From positions 370,516-434,515 of the forward strand of contig CBDAUL010000007.1 in the NCBI GenBank assembly GCA_965200475.1: DNA of 64,000 bases, written 5' to 3'. The stretch comes from Vicinamibacterales bacterium. GTDB lineage: Bacteria; Acidobacteriota; Vicinamibacteria; Vicinamibacterales; UBA8438. The stretch's first letter is position 1, and every line of letters begins with the position of its first letter. Below, piece after piece: positions 16,928-25,487 of this stretch. Both the position numbers and the translations under genes were made by a program. The notes below the pieces were generated by a model. It saw only the letters and a list, made by a program, of their open reading frames with translations, was not told the origin of the DNA and did no database searches.

Positions 16928-18715
16928 GTGGCCACGAGGCGGCCGGGCGGCCGCGCGGACGAGGATGACGGGCGGGTGGTGCGTGCCCGGGCGCGCATCG
17001 CCGATGCCCTGGCCGTGGCCCGCGGCGGCCGCTACGCATCGGCCGAGCGCATGCTGCGGGACGCCCTCGGTGTGCTCGAGCGCAGGCAGCGCTATGCGGG
17101 CGCGGCGCGCGCCGCCGCGACGCTGGGCGAGCTGCTGCGCGAGCGGGGCGAGAGCGAGCGGGCCGGAGCCGCGCTCGAGCAGGCTCGCCTCCTCTTCGAT
17201 ACGGCTCAGGCGGACGCCGCCGGCGTCCGCCACTCGCTTGCCGGCAGCGAGCACGAAGACTACCTGGAGGTGCAGGCGCTGCTGAGCAGGCGCCCGGACG
17301 CGGCGCCTCCCGGGCCGGCGCCCGGCCGGCAGGCCGGCGTCGCGCTGGACCGTCTGGCCGGCGACCTGGCAACGCTGCTGCGGGCGAGCCTGCCGGCGGC
17401 CGGCCGCGACGTCCTCGAGCAGGTCTGCTCGGCGTTGCAGCAGCAGACGGAAGCCCGCGCCGTGGCGGTGTATCGGCTCGGCGACCGCGGCGACCTGCTG
17501 GCGTCGGCCGGCGATGTCGAGCGCCAGATGCAGGCGACCGTCCGGGACATGGTGAGCGGCGGCCGGCTCGCACCGCTGGTCGTGTGCGGCCGCGAGTACC
17601 GGACGGCGCTGCCGATCCGGGACGGCGACAACTGGCCGGCCGCGCTCGTCGTCCGTTGGACGCGTGCGCCAGAGTCGCTCGATCGGCTGATGGTGCTGGC
17701 GCGGGTCGCGGCCGCTGTCTGCGAGCCCGAGGTGCAGGAGCGCGCGCGGTGGACGGACGACGCCACGGCGGGGAGCGGCCCCGATGCGCTGCTGGGACGC
17801 AGTCCCGAGATGGTCGGTCTGCGCGCGGCGATCGCCCGCGCCGCGGCGGCGCCCTATCCCGTTCTGATCGAGGGCGAAACGGGCGTGGGCAAGGAGCTGG
17901 TCGCCCGCGCGCTCCACCGCGGCGGGCCGCGGCACGCGCGCGCGTTCTGCGCGGTCAACTGCGCGGCCGTGACCGACGACCTGTTCGAGGCCGAGCTGTT
18001 CGGGCACAGCCGCGGCGCGTTCACGGGCGCCGTGGGCGAGCGCACGGGCCTGGTGGAGGCCGCTGACGGCGGCACGCTGTTCCTCGACGAGGTGGGCGAG
18101 CTGTCGGCGCGCGCGCAGGCCAAGCTGCTGCGGGTGATCCAGGACGGCGAGATCCGCCGGCTCGGGGAGAACGCCGTGCGGAAGGTCGACGTCCAGTTGA
18201 TCGCCGCGACGAACCGTGGCCTGGCGGCCGAGGTGGCTGCCGGCCGCTTTCGCCAGGACCTCCTGTTCCGGTTGGCCGTCGTCAGCCTGCAGGTACCCGC
18301 GTTGCGCGAGCGGGCGGGTGACGTGGAGCTGCTGGCGCGGCACTTCTGGGCGCGCGAGCTGAAGCGCGCCGGCAAACGCGCCACGTTGGGCGACGCGACC
18401 ATCGAGATCCTGGTCCGGTACCCCTGGCCGGGCAACGTCCGGGAGCTGCAGAACGTCGTCGCACGGCTCATCGTGGCGGCCCCGCGCCGCGGTCAGGTCG
18501 GCCCGGACCTGCTGCCCGCCGCCGTTCGCGAACGGCCCGCCGACGCCCGGCCGACGCTGGCGGCGGCGCGCGAGGCGTTCGAGCGCGGTTTCGTGCGCGC
18601 GGCGTTGACCCGCAACAACGGGCGGCCGACCGCCGCGGCCCGCGAGCTGGGCATCTCGCGCCAGGGACTGGCCAAGCTGGTCAAGCGGCTCGGGATCGAC
18701 GGGGACTTGCCGTGA
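16928..18715 (+). CDS. Sigma-54-dependent transcriptional activator (AAA+ enhancer-binding protein) with a non-receiver sensory N-terminus
   Basis: Central domain motifs [36 protein letters not shown] and [13 protein letters not shown]-terminal Fis-type HTH ([22 protein letters not shown]). The ~270-aa N-terminal region has no receiver aspartate pocket and may be TPR/GAF-like. GTG start. Confidence 0.88.
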   Translation: MATRRPGGRADEDDGRVVRARARIADALAVARGGRYASAERMLRDALGVLERRQRYAGAARAAATLGELLRERGESERAGAALEQARLLFDTAQADAAGVRHSLAGSEHEDYLEVQALLSRRPDAAPPGPAPGRQAGVALDRLAGDLATLLRASLPAAGRDVLEQVCSALQQQTEARAVAVYRLGDRGDLLASAGDVERQMQATVRDMVSGGRLAPLVVCGREYRTALPIRDGDNWPAALVVRWTRAPESLDRLMVLARVAAAVCEPEVQERARWTDDATAGSGPDALLGRSPEMVGLRAAIARAAAAPYPVLIEGETGVGKELVARALHRGGPRHARAFCAVNCAAVTDDLFEAELFGHSRGAFTGAVGERTGLVEAADGGTLFLDEVGELSARAQAKLLRVIQDGEIRRLGENAVRKVDVQLIAATNRGLAAEVAAGRFRQDLLFRLAVVSLQVPALRERAGDVELLARHFWARELKRAGKRATLGDATIEILVRYPWPGNVRELQNVVARLIVAAPRRGQVGPDLLPAAVRERPADARPTLAAAREAFERGFVRAALTRNNGRPTAAARELGISRQGLAKLVKRLGIDGDLP

Positions 18716-18799
18716 CGCGGTGGCCCTGCCGTGACCGGCTGGGCCTGCGGCGAGCGGAGGCGCCGCCACACCGCGGGGCGCGGCGTGGCGGCAACGTGG

Positions 18800-19279
18800 C
18801 TACTGATCGCCGGCGGGCATCTGGTCGGCCGTGAACACGCGCTCCTGGAAGCGCCAGCCGGCGGGCGTCTTGACGAGCTTGTCCTCGTAGATGCCCGCGA
18901 CCGTCAGCCCGGCGGGCTGGGTCCGCGTGTCGACGAGCAGCAGGTAGCAGCCGCCGTCCGCGCCCTCGGCCGTCGGCGTGACGATCAACTGGCTGTTCCA
19001 GTGGCGCGCGGCGCCGTCGAAGTTGGTGAAGAACCCCGCGGCGAACGCCTTCAACGCCTCGTGACCGACGGTCTCGCCGAAGACGCCGTCGGGCGTGAAC
19101 GTGTTGGCCCAGCCCTCCGGGTCGCCGAGGTCGAGGGTCTGCGCGTACTTGGCGTAGAGCTGCTGGATCTCGATGTAGTCCTGCGCGGTGAACGTGCCGC
19201 CGTCGCCCTGGGCGGCGCCGACGGATGCCACGGACAGAAGGCACACGGCCGCGAGGGCGATTCTCAGGGTGCGCTGCAT
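18800..19279 (-). CDS. Secreted SnoaL-like (NTF2-fold) protein
   Basis: Internal ATG at 19279 (MQRTLRIALAAVCLLSVASVGAAQ). TAQDYIEIQQLYAKYA...ARHWNSQLIV...GIYEDKLVKTPAGWRFQER is the same architecture as 48652, 49192 and 49759. Confidence 0.7.
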   Translation of the reverse strand: MQRTLRIALAAVCLLSVASVGAAQGDGGTFTAQDYIEIQQLYAKYAQTLDLGDPEGWANTFTPDGVFGETVGHEALKAFAAGFFTNFDGAARHWNSQLIVTPTAEGADGGCYLLLVDTRTQPAGLTVAGIYEDKLVKTPAGWRFQERVFTADQMPAGDQ

Positions 19280-19433
19280 GGTCTCGTCTTCCTCTCTTCT
19301 TTCGCTCCGCCGACTGCCGGCGGCACTGCGCATCTTACCTGCGGGCCCGGCGGCCGTTCAACGGCCCGCGCCGACACGGTGCGCCGGGGGGTGTACAATC
19401 GCGGCGTGCCGCGCAGGCGGCGCGCACGTGGCG

Positions 19434-20306
19434 ATGGGTGAGCGACTGATGCGCAGAGAGCTGGCACCGGCCGTCGTCGCGGTGGCGGCGGTCGCGATGG
19501 TCCTGAGCGCGGTCGTCCCGGCCGCCGGCGCCGCGCCGGCGCAGGACACGCGTCTGGACGCGCCGCGTCCGCACGCGCGGGGCCAGAGCGTGACGCCCTC
19601 GTTCGAGGGCTGGTATCCGAACCCGGACGGCAGCTTCAGCATGCTGTTCGGCTACCTCAACCGCAACTACGAAGAGCATCTGGACATTCCGGTCGGCCCG
19701 GACAACCGGATGGAGCCGGGCCCGGCGGACCGCGGGCAGCCCACGCACTTTCTGCCCCGGCGCCAGACCGGCGTCTTCGCCGTGGTCGTGCCGGCGGACT
19801 TCGGCGAGCAGGAGCTCACTTGGTCGCTGACGGCGCACGGCGAGACGATCGCGATTCCCGGCCACCTGCGCGCCGAGTGGCGGATCGACGCGCTGGAGGA
19901 AGTGACGAACGGGAACACGCCGCCGGTGCTGCGGTTCGCGCCGGACGGGGAGGCGGGGCAGGGGCCGGGCGGCGTCGCGGCCCGCACCCGGGCCACGCCG
20001 TCGCAGCCCGTGGCGCTGTCGGTCTGGACGAGCGACGACGGCATCTCGCGCGCCCGCGGCGGCATGCCCTGGCAGCGCGGGGTGGGCTGGAGCAAGTACC
20101 GCGGTCCCGGACCGGTGGCCTTCAGCGAGCCGCAGCCGGCGCTCGACGCGGCCGGCAGCGCGACGACGACCGCGACGTTCGAGGAGCCGGGCGAGTACGT
20201 GCTGCGCGCCCTCGTCTGGGACGAGTCGGGCGGCCAGCGCGCGGTGATGGCCGGCGGCTTCTTCTGCTGCTGGACCAACGGGTACGTCACGGTCGAGGTG
20301 AGGTAG
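19434..20306 (+). CDS. Hypothetical secreted protein, first gene of the cytochrome/DUF1592 cluster
   Basis: ATG at 19434, or 19449 (MRRELAPAVVAVAAVAMVLSAVVPAAGA, a signal peptide). No recognised domain. Its stop is 3 nt before the next gene. Confidence 0.55.
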   Translation: MGERLMRRELAPAVVAVAAVAMVLSAVVPAAGAAPAQDTRLDAPRPHARGQSVTPSFEGWYPNPDGSFSMLFGYLNRNYEEHLDIPVGPDNRMEPGPADRGQPTHFLPRRQTGVFAVVVPADFGEQELTWSLTAHGETIAIPGHLRAEWRIDALEEVTNGNTPPVLRFAPDGEAGQGPGGVAARTRATPSQPVALSVWTSDDGISRARGGMPWQRGVGWSKYRGPGPVAFSEPQPALDAAGSATTTATFEEPGEYVLRALVWDESGGQRAVMAGGFFCCWTNGYVTVEVR

Positions 20307-20309
20307 GAG

Positions 20310-21650
20310 ATGGTGATGAGCAAGACGGCGCTCGGTTGGACAGTCGCAATCGGCCTCGTGGTCGGCCTGGTTCCGCTCTCGCCCGCGCCGGCGGCCGCCC
20401 AGGCGGCGCCGACGTTCAGCGCGGACGTCGCGCCGATTCTGCAGCAGCGCTGCCAGACGTGCCACCGGCGAGGCCAGATGGCGCCAATGTCGCTGGTGAC
20501 CTACGAGGAAGTTCGCCCGTGGGCGCGGTCAATCCGCACCAAGGTGGCCGAGCGCTCGATGCCGCCGTGGCACATCGACAAGACGATCGGCATCCAGGAG
20601 TTCGAGAACGACATCTCGCTGACCGAGGCGGAGATCGACACGATCGCGGCCTGGGTCGACGGCGGCGCGCCGCGGGGCAATCCCGCGGACATGCCGCCGC
20701 CGGTCGAGTGGCCCGCCGACGACATCTGGCGCCTCGAAGCGCGCTACGGCCGCCCGCCGGACCTGATCGTGACCTCGCCGCCCTGGACCCAGAGCGCCGA
20801 GGGGCAGGACCAGTGGTGGCAGCCGGTCGTCGAGACCGGGCTCACGGAGGACCGCTGGGCCACCGGCATCGAGATCCGCCCGACGATCGAAGCGCGGCGC
20901 GTGACGCACCACTCCAACGTGTACCTGCTGCAGGAGGAGGCGCCCGGGGACCACGTCGCCGCCGTCGACGTCACCCCGCGGGGCAGCTACTTCAGCGAGT
21001 TCGCCATCGGCAAGATCGGCGACGTGTTCCGCGAGAACACCGGGAAGCTGCTGAAGGCGGGGGCGCGGTTCACGTTCGACAACCACTACCACTCCGTCGG
21101 CGAGGAGGTGGTGGCGCAGACGGACGTGGGCGTCTGGTTCTATCCGCGGGGCTTCGTGCCCAAGTACCGCGTCTACGGCCAGGCCATGGGCGCGCAGCAG
21201 TCGCAGCAGGCCATGGACCTGCCGCCCGGCAAGGTGACCGTGCACCACGCCTACATCCCGCTGCCCGCCCCGGCGCGGCTCGAGAACTACCAGCCGCACA
21301 TGCACATCCGCGGCAAGTCGATGTCGATGACGGCGATCCTGCCGGACGGCCGCGTGGAGACGCTGAGCCACGTCGAGAACTTCGACTTCAACTGGCACGT
21401 CAACTACGTCTACACGGACGACTCGGCGCCGGTGCTGCCGGCGGGCACCGTGGTCCGCATCACCGCGTGGCACGACAACACGGCCGCCAACCGCAACAAC
21501 CCCGATCCGCGGCAGTGGGTGGGCTGGGGCCAGCGCAGCTACGACGACATGTACCACGCCCACGTGAACGTCACCTACCTGACCCAGGAGGACTACGAGC
21601 AGATCGTCGCCGAGCGGGAGGCCAGGCGGCGGACGAACGATCAGCAGTAG
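20310..21650 (+). CDS. Secreted fusion of a c-type heme domain and a PHM/DBH-like copper monooxygenase-fold domain
   Basis: FSADVAPILQQRCQTCHRRGQMAPMSL carries a CxxCH motif, and PPWHIDK follows. The C-terminal half has His-rich motifs (VTHHSNVY, FDNHYHSVG, YQPHMHIRGKSMSM) that resemble the CuH/CuM sites of copper type II ascorbate-dependent monooxygenases. The ATG at 20316 has the better spacing from GGAG. Confidence 0.6.
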   Translation: MVMSKTALGWTVAIGLVVGLVPLSPAPAAAQAAPTFSADVAPILQQRCQTCHRRGQMAPMSLVTYEEVRPWARSIRTKVAERSMPPWHIDKTIGIQEFENDISLTEAEIDTIAAWVDGGAPRGNPADMPPPVEWPADDIWRLEARYGRPPDLIVTSPPWTQSAEGQDQWWQPVVETGLTEDRWATGIEIRPTIEARRVTHHSNVYLLQEEAPGDHVAAVDVTPRGSYFSEFAIGKIGDVFRENTGKLLKAGARFTFDNHYHSVGEEVVAQTDVGVWFYPRGFVPKYRVYGQAMGAQQSQQAMDLPPGKVTVHHAYIPLPAPARLENYQPHMHIRGKSMSMTAILPDGRVETLSHVENFDFNWHVNYVYTDDSAPVLPAGTVVRITAWHDNTAANRNNPDPRQWVGWGQRSYDDMYHAHVNVTYLTQEDYEQIVAEREARRRTNDQQ

Positions 21651-21779
21651 GCCGTCGTGCGCACCGACGCCCGGCGCGCGGACGCTCGCGCGACGCCTCC
21701 GGGAGAATCCGAACAATAGGTCCGGGCGGCCGGACCCGCGATGTTAAGATCCGTCCGGCAGCGAAAGCCGGAGGTGGGC

Positions 21780-24134
21780 ATGGATACGCGTTGGCTGACT
21801 GGCGGCGCGGCTGCGGCGGCGGTTCTGTGCCTGGCAGCGCCGGCGGCGGCTGCACCGGCCGCGTCGTCCGCGCGCGAGCTGCTGGACCGGTACTGCGTCC
21901 GCTGCCACAACGACCGGCTGCAGACTGCCGGGGTGGCGCTGGACGCCGCCGACGTCGAGCAGGTGGCCCACGACGCGGCGCTGTGGGAGCGGGCCATCCG
22001 CAAGCTGCGCGCCCGGGCCATGCCGCCGGCCGGGTCGCCCCGGCCCGACGAGGCCGCCTACGTCGACCTCGTCTCGTACCTGGAGGGCGAGCTCGACCGG
22101 CTGGCGCTGGCGGCGCCCGATCCCGGCCGCACCGACACCTTCCGGCGCCTCAACCGCACCGAGTATCGGAACGCGATCCGCGATCTGCTGGCCCTCGACG
22201 TCGACGTGACCGAGCTGCTGCCGCGCGACGACGCCAGCTATGGCTTCGACAACGTCGGCGCCGTCAACCTCTCGCCGGCGCTGCTGGAGCGCTATCTGTC
22301 GGCGGCGAGCAAGGTCAGCCGTCTGGCCGTCGGCAGCGCCGCGCCGGCGCCGGGCAGCCGCGTGGTCGTGCTGCCCGCGGATCTCACGCAGGAAGACCAC
22401 TTCGACGGGCTGCCGTTCGGCACGCGCGGCGGCACGGCCGTGAGCCACAACTTTCCGGCGGACGGCGAGTACGAGATCCAGGTCCGCCTGTCGCGCAACC
22501 GGAACGAGAACGTCGAGGGCCTGTACGACCCCCACGACCTCGAGATCACCCTGGACGGCGAGCGGCTGCAGGTGTTCGAGATCCGGCCGAACCGGATGGT
22601 GGTGGCCGGCTACTACGCCGACGCCGACATCGACAAGCATCTGCAGGTGCGGGTGACCGTCGGCGCGGGCCCGCACGAGGTGGGCGCCGCGTTCCTGAAG
22701 AAGAGCTCGGCGCTGGTCGAGACCGAGCGGCAGCCGTACGACGCCCACTTCAACATGGATCGCCACCCGCGCACGCAGCCCGGCGTGCGCTCGGTGGCCA
22801 TCGCGGGTCCGTTCGGCTCGGCGGGGGCGGGCGATACGCCCAGCCGCCGGCGCATCTTCGTCTGCCGTCCCGCGCGCGCGGCCGACGAGGCGGCGTGCGC
22901 CCGGACGATCATCGGCACGCTGGCGCGCCGCGCGTACCGCCGGCCCGTGAGCGACGCGGACCTGGCCGGGCCGCTGGCGTTCTACGCGCGCGGCCGCGCG
23001 CGCGGCGGGTTCGAGGACGGCATCGAGCTGGCGCTGCGGGCGCTGCTCACGAGCACGGAGTTCCTGTTCCGCATCGAGCAGGACCCCGCCGGGCTGCCCC
23101 CGGGCGCGCCCTACCGGCTGAGCGACGTCGAGCTGGCCTCACGGCTGTCGTTCTTTCTGTGGAGCAGCCTGCCGGACGACGAGCTGCTCGGCCTCGCCGA
23201 GCGCGGCGCGCTGGGCGACCCCGCGGTGCTCGACGCGCAGGTGACCCGCATGCTCGCCGATCCGCGCGCCCACTCGCTGGCGACCAACTTCGCCGGGCAG
23301 TGGCTGTACCTGCGCAACCTGGACGCGGCCAGGCCGAACCTGCGGCTGTACCCGGACTTCGACGACAACCTGCGGCGCGCGATGCGCCGCGAGACCGAGC
23401 TGCTGTTCGCAAGCATCGTCGAGGAGGATCGCGACGTCCTCGACCTGCTGCGCGCCGACTACACCTTCCTCAACGAGCGGCTCGCCCGGCACTACGACGT
23501 GCCGAACGTGTACGGCGACCACTTCCGGCGCGTGGCGCTGGGCCCCGACGGCCGGCGGGCTGGCCTGCTGGGCCACGGCAGCATCCTGACGGTCACGTCG
23601 TACGCGACCCGCACGTCGCCGGTGCTGCGCGGCAAGTGGGTGCTCGACAACATCCTGGGCATGCCGCCGCCGCCGCCGCCGCCCGACGTGCCGCCGCTCG
23701 ACGAGGGCGCGGCGGGCGGGGAGGCGCCGTCCATGCGCGAGCGGATGGCGCAGCACCGGCGGAACCCCGCGTGCGCCGCCTGCCACCAGTTGATGGACCC
23801 GGCCGGCCTCGCCATGGAGAACTTCGACGCGGTCGGCCGCTGGCGCGAGCGCGACGAGGGGTGGCGGGCCATCGACGCCGCGGGCAGCCTGCCGGGGAGC
23901 GCGGAGTTCGACGGGGTCGCCGGCCTGCGGCGGGTGCTGCTGGCGCGTCCCGACCTGTTCGTCCGGACGCTGGCGGAGAAGCTGCTGACGTTCGCGCTGG
24001 GGCGCGGCGTGGATCACGCCGACGCGCCGGCGGTGCGGCAGGTCCTGCGCGAGGCCGCCCGGGACGACAATCGCTTCTCGTCGCTCGTGCTGGCCATCGT
24101 CAAGAGTACGCCGTTCCAGATGCGGAGGTCGTGA
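21780..24134 (+). CDS. DUF1592/DUF1588/DUF1587/DUF1585/DUF1595 family protein with an N-terminal Planctomycete-type cytochrome c motif
   Basis: ATG at 21780 after GGAGGTGGG. Signal peptide, then LLDRYCVRCHNDRLQTAGVALD (CxxCH). Family-typical blocks FLWSSLPDDELL, NFAGQWLYLRNL, LRRAMRRETELLF, RGKWVLDNILG and a second CAACH. Confidence 0.85.
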   Translation: MDTRWLTGGAAAAAVLCLAAPAAAAPAASSARELLDRYCVRCHNDRLQTAGVALDAADVEQVAHDAALWERAIRKLRARAMPPAGSPRPDEAAYVDLVSYLEGELDRLALAAPDPGRTDTFRRLNRTEYRNAIRDLLALDVDVTELLPRDDASYGFDNVGAVNLSPALLERYLSAASKVSRLAVGSAAPAPGSRVVVLPADLTQEDHFDGLPFGTRGGTAVSHNFPADGEYEIQVRLSRNRNENVEGLYDPHDLEITLDGERLQVFEIRPNRMVVAGYYADADIDKHLQVRVTVGAGPHEVGAAFLKKSSALVETERQPYDAHFNMDRHPRTQPGVRSVAIAGPFGSAGAGDTPSRRRIFVCRPARAADEAACARTIIGTLARRAYRRPVSDADLAGPLAFYARGRARGGFEDGIELALRALLTSTEFLFRIEQDPAGLPPGAPYRLSDVELASRLSFFLWSSLPDDELLGLAERGALGDPAVLDAQVTRMLADPRAHSLATNFAGQWLYLRNLDAARPNLRLYPDFDDNLRRAMRRETELLFASIVEEDRDVLDLLRADYTFLNERLARHYDVPNVYGDHFRRVALGPDGRRAGLLGHGSILTVTSYATRTSPVLRGKWVLDNILGMPPPPPPPDVPPLDEGAAGGEAPSMRERMAQHRRNPACAACHQLMDPAGLAMENFDAVGRWRERDEGWRAIDAAGSLPGSAEFDGVAGLRRVLLARPDLFVRTLAEKLLTFALGRGVDHADAPAVRQVLREAARDDNRFSSLVLAIVKSTPFQMRRS

Positions 24135-25468
24135 TGATCCTTACGAAGATGGCGTTGCCGCGGCGGACGTTCCTGCGAGGCCTCGGTGCGGCGTTCGCGC
24201 TGCCGTTGCTCGATGCCATGGTGCCGGCGCTGAGCGCGGCGCCCCGGCCGGTCCGCCGCCTGGGCTACGTCTTCATCCCCATGGGGATGAACCCCGCGCC
24301 CTGGATTCCGGAGACCGACGGCCGTCTCACGGCGCTGTCCCCGTCGCTGGCGGCCCTGACGCCGCACCTCGACGACCTGACCGTCGTGACCAACCTGGAG
24401 ATCCGCAACGCCTACAGCGCCGGCAACCACGCGTCGTCGAACGCGGCGTTCCTGAGCTGCGTGCGCGGCAAGCGCACGGAAGGCAGCGACTACGAGCTGG
24501 GCACGACGGTGGACCAGATCGTGGCAAAGGCGGTGGGCGGCGAGACCGTGATCCCCTCGCTGGAGCTCGGCACCGACCTGATCGCGCAGGTGGGCAACTG
24601 CGACAACGGCTTTGCCTGCGTCTACATGAACTGCCTGTCGTGGTCGTCCCCGACGACGCCGCTGCCGCCGGAGGCCGATCCGCGCGCCGTGTTCGAGCGT
24701 CTGTTCGGCGACGGCGGCACGCCGCAGGAGCGGCAGGCCGAGCTGCGGGCCAACGCCAGCATTCTCGACTGGGTGCTCGGCGACATGGCCCGCCTCCGGT
24801 CGCGCCTCGGGGCCGGCGACCGCACCCGGGTCAGCAACTACCTGGACACGGTGCGCGAGGTGGAGCGCCGCATCCAGCGCGCCGAGCAGCATGCCGCCGC
24901 GTCGCCGCTCCCGGCGCTGGAGCGGCCGACCAGCGTCCCGGATGCGTGGGAGGAGCACGTCAAGCTGATGTTCGACCTGCAGGTGCTGGCGCTGCAGACC
25001 GACCTCACCCGGGTCATCACGTTCCAACTGGCCCGCGAGGCGAGCACCCGCACCTATCCCCAGATCGGCGTGCCCGAGCCGCACCATCCGGTGTCGCACC
25101 ACGTCAACGATCCCGAGAAGCTGACCAAGCTGGCGAAGATCAACGCCTATCACGTGTCGTTGTTCGCCTACCTCCTCGGGCGGCTGCGCGCCACCGAGGA
25201 CGGCGACGGGTCGCTGCTGGACCACACGACCTACCTGTACGGCAGCGGCATGGGGAACCCGAACGTGCACGACCACAGCAACCTGCCGATCGTGGTCGCG
25301 CGCGGCGGGGCGGGGGACTCGAAGGGCGGCTGGCACCTCCGCTACGCCGAGCCGACGCCGCTGGCCAACCTGCATCTGACGCTGCTCGACTACATGGGCG
25401 TGCACCTGGACAACTTCGTGGACAGCACCGGCCGGGCCGGCGCGGTCCTCGAGCCGCTGACGTTGTAG
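24134..25468 (+). CDS. DUF1552 family protein (Tat signal)
   Basis: MILTKMALPRRTFLRGLGAAFALPLLDAM. The start overlaps the upstream stop (TGATG). Blocks typical of DUF1552, the usual partner of DUF1592, are present (SLELG..., DRTRVSNYLDTVREVERRI, HHPVSHH, SLLDHTTYLYGSGMGNPNVHDHSNLP). Confidence 0.85.
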   Translation: MILTKMALPRRTFLRGLGAAFALPLLDAMVPALSAAPRPVRRLGYVFIPMGMNPAPWIPETDGRLTALSPSLAALTPHLDDLTVVTNLEIRNAYSAGNHASSNAAFLSCVRGKRTEGSDYELGTTVDQIVAKAVGGETVIPSLELGTDLIAQVGNCDNGFACVYMNCLSWSSPTTPLPPEADPRAVFERLFGDGGTPQERQAELRANASILDWVLGDMARLRSRLGAGDRTRVSNYLDTVREVERRIQRAEQHAAASPLPALERPTSVPDAWEEHVKLMFDLQVLALQTDLTRVITFQLAREASTRTYPQIGVPEPHHPVSHHVNDPEKLTKLAKINAYHVSLFAYLLGRLRATEDGDGSLLDHTTYLYGSGMGNPNVHDHSNLPIVVARGGAGDSKGGWHLRYAEPTPLANLHLTLLDYMGVHLDNFVDSTGRAGAVLEPLTL

Positions 25469-25487
25469 CCGACCGCGGAGGTCATCC

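Noticed and set aside
14282-18769. Very long ORFs on the opposite strand or in an alternate frame of real genes. Examples: 14282..18769 (1495 aa), 44472..48758 (1428 aa), 19820..25468 (1882 aa, apart from its last 444 codons, which are the DUF1552 gene), 1917..5078 and 37202..38863.
   Set aside because: Their translations are Arg/Ala/Gly/Pro-rich low-complexity strings with no motifs. They overlap genes that have clear family signatures. At ~70% GC, stop codons are rare in non-coding frames, so such ORFs arise by chance.
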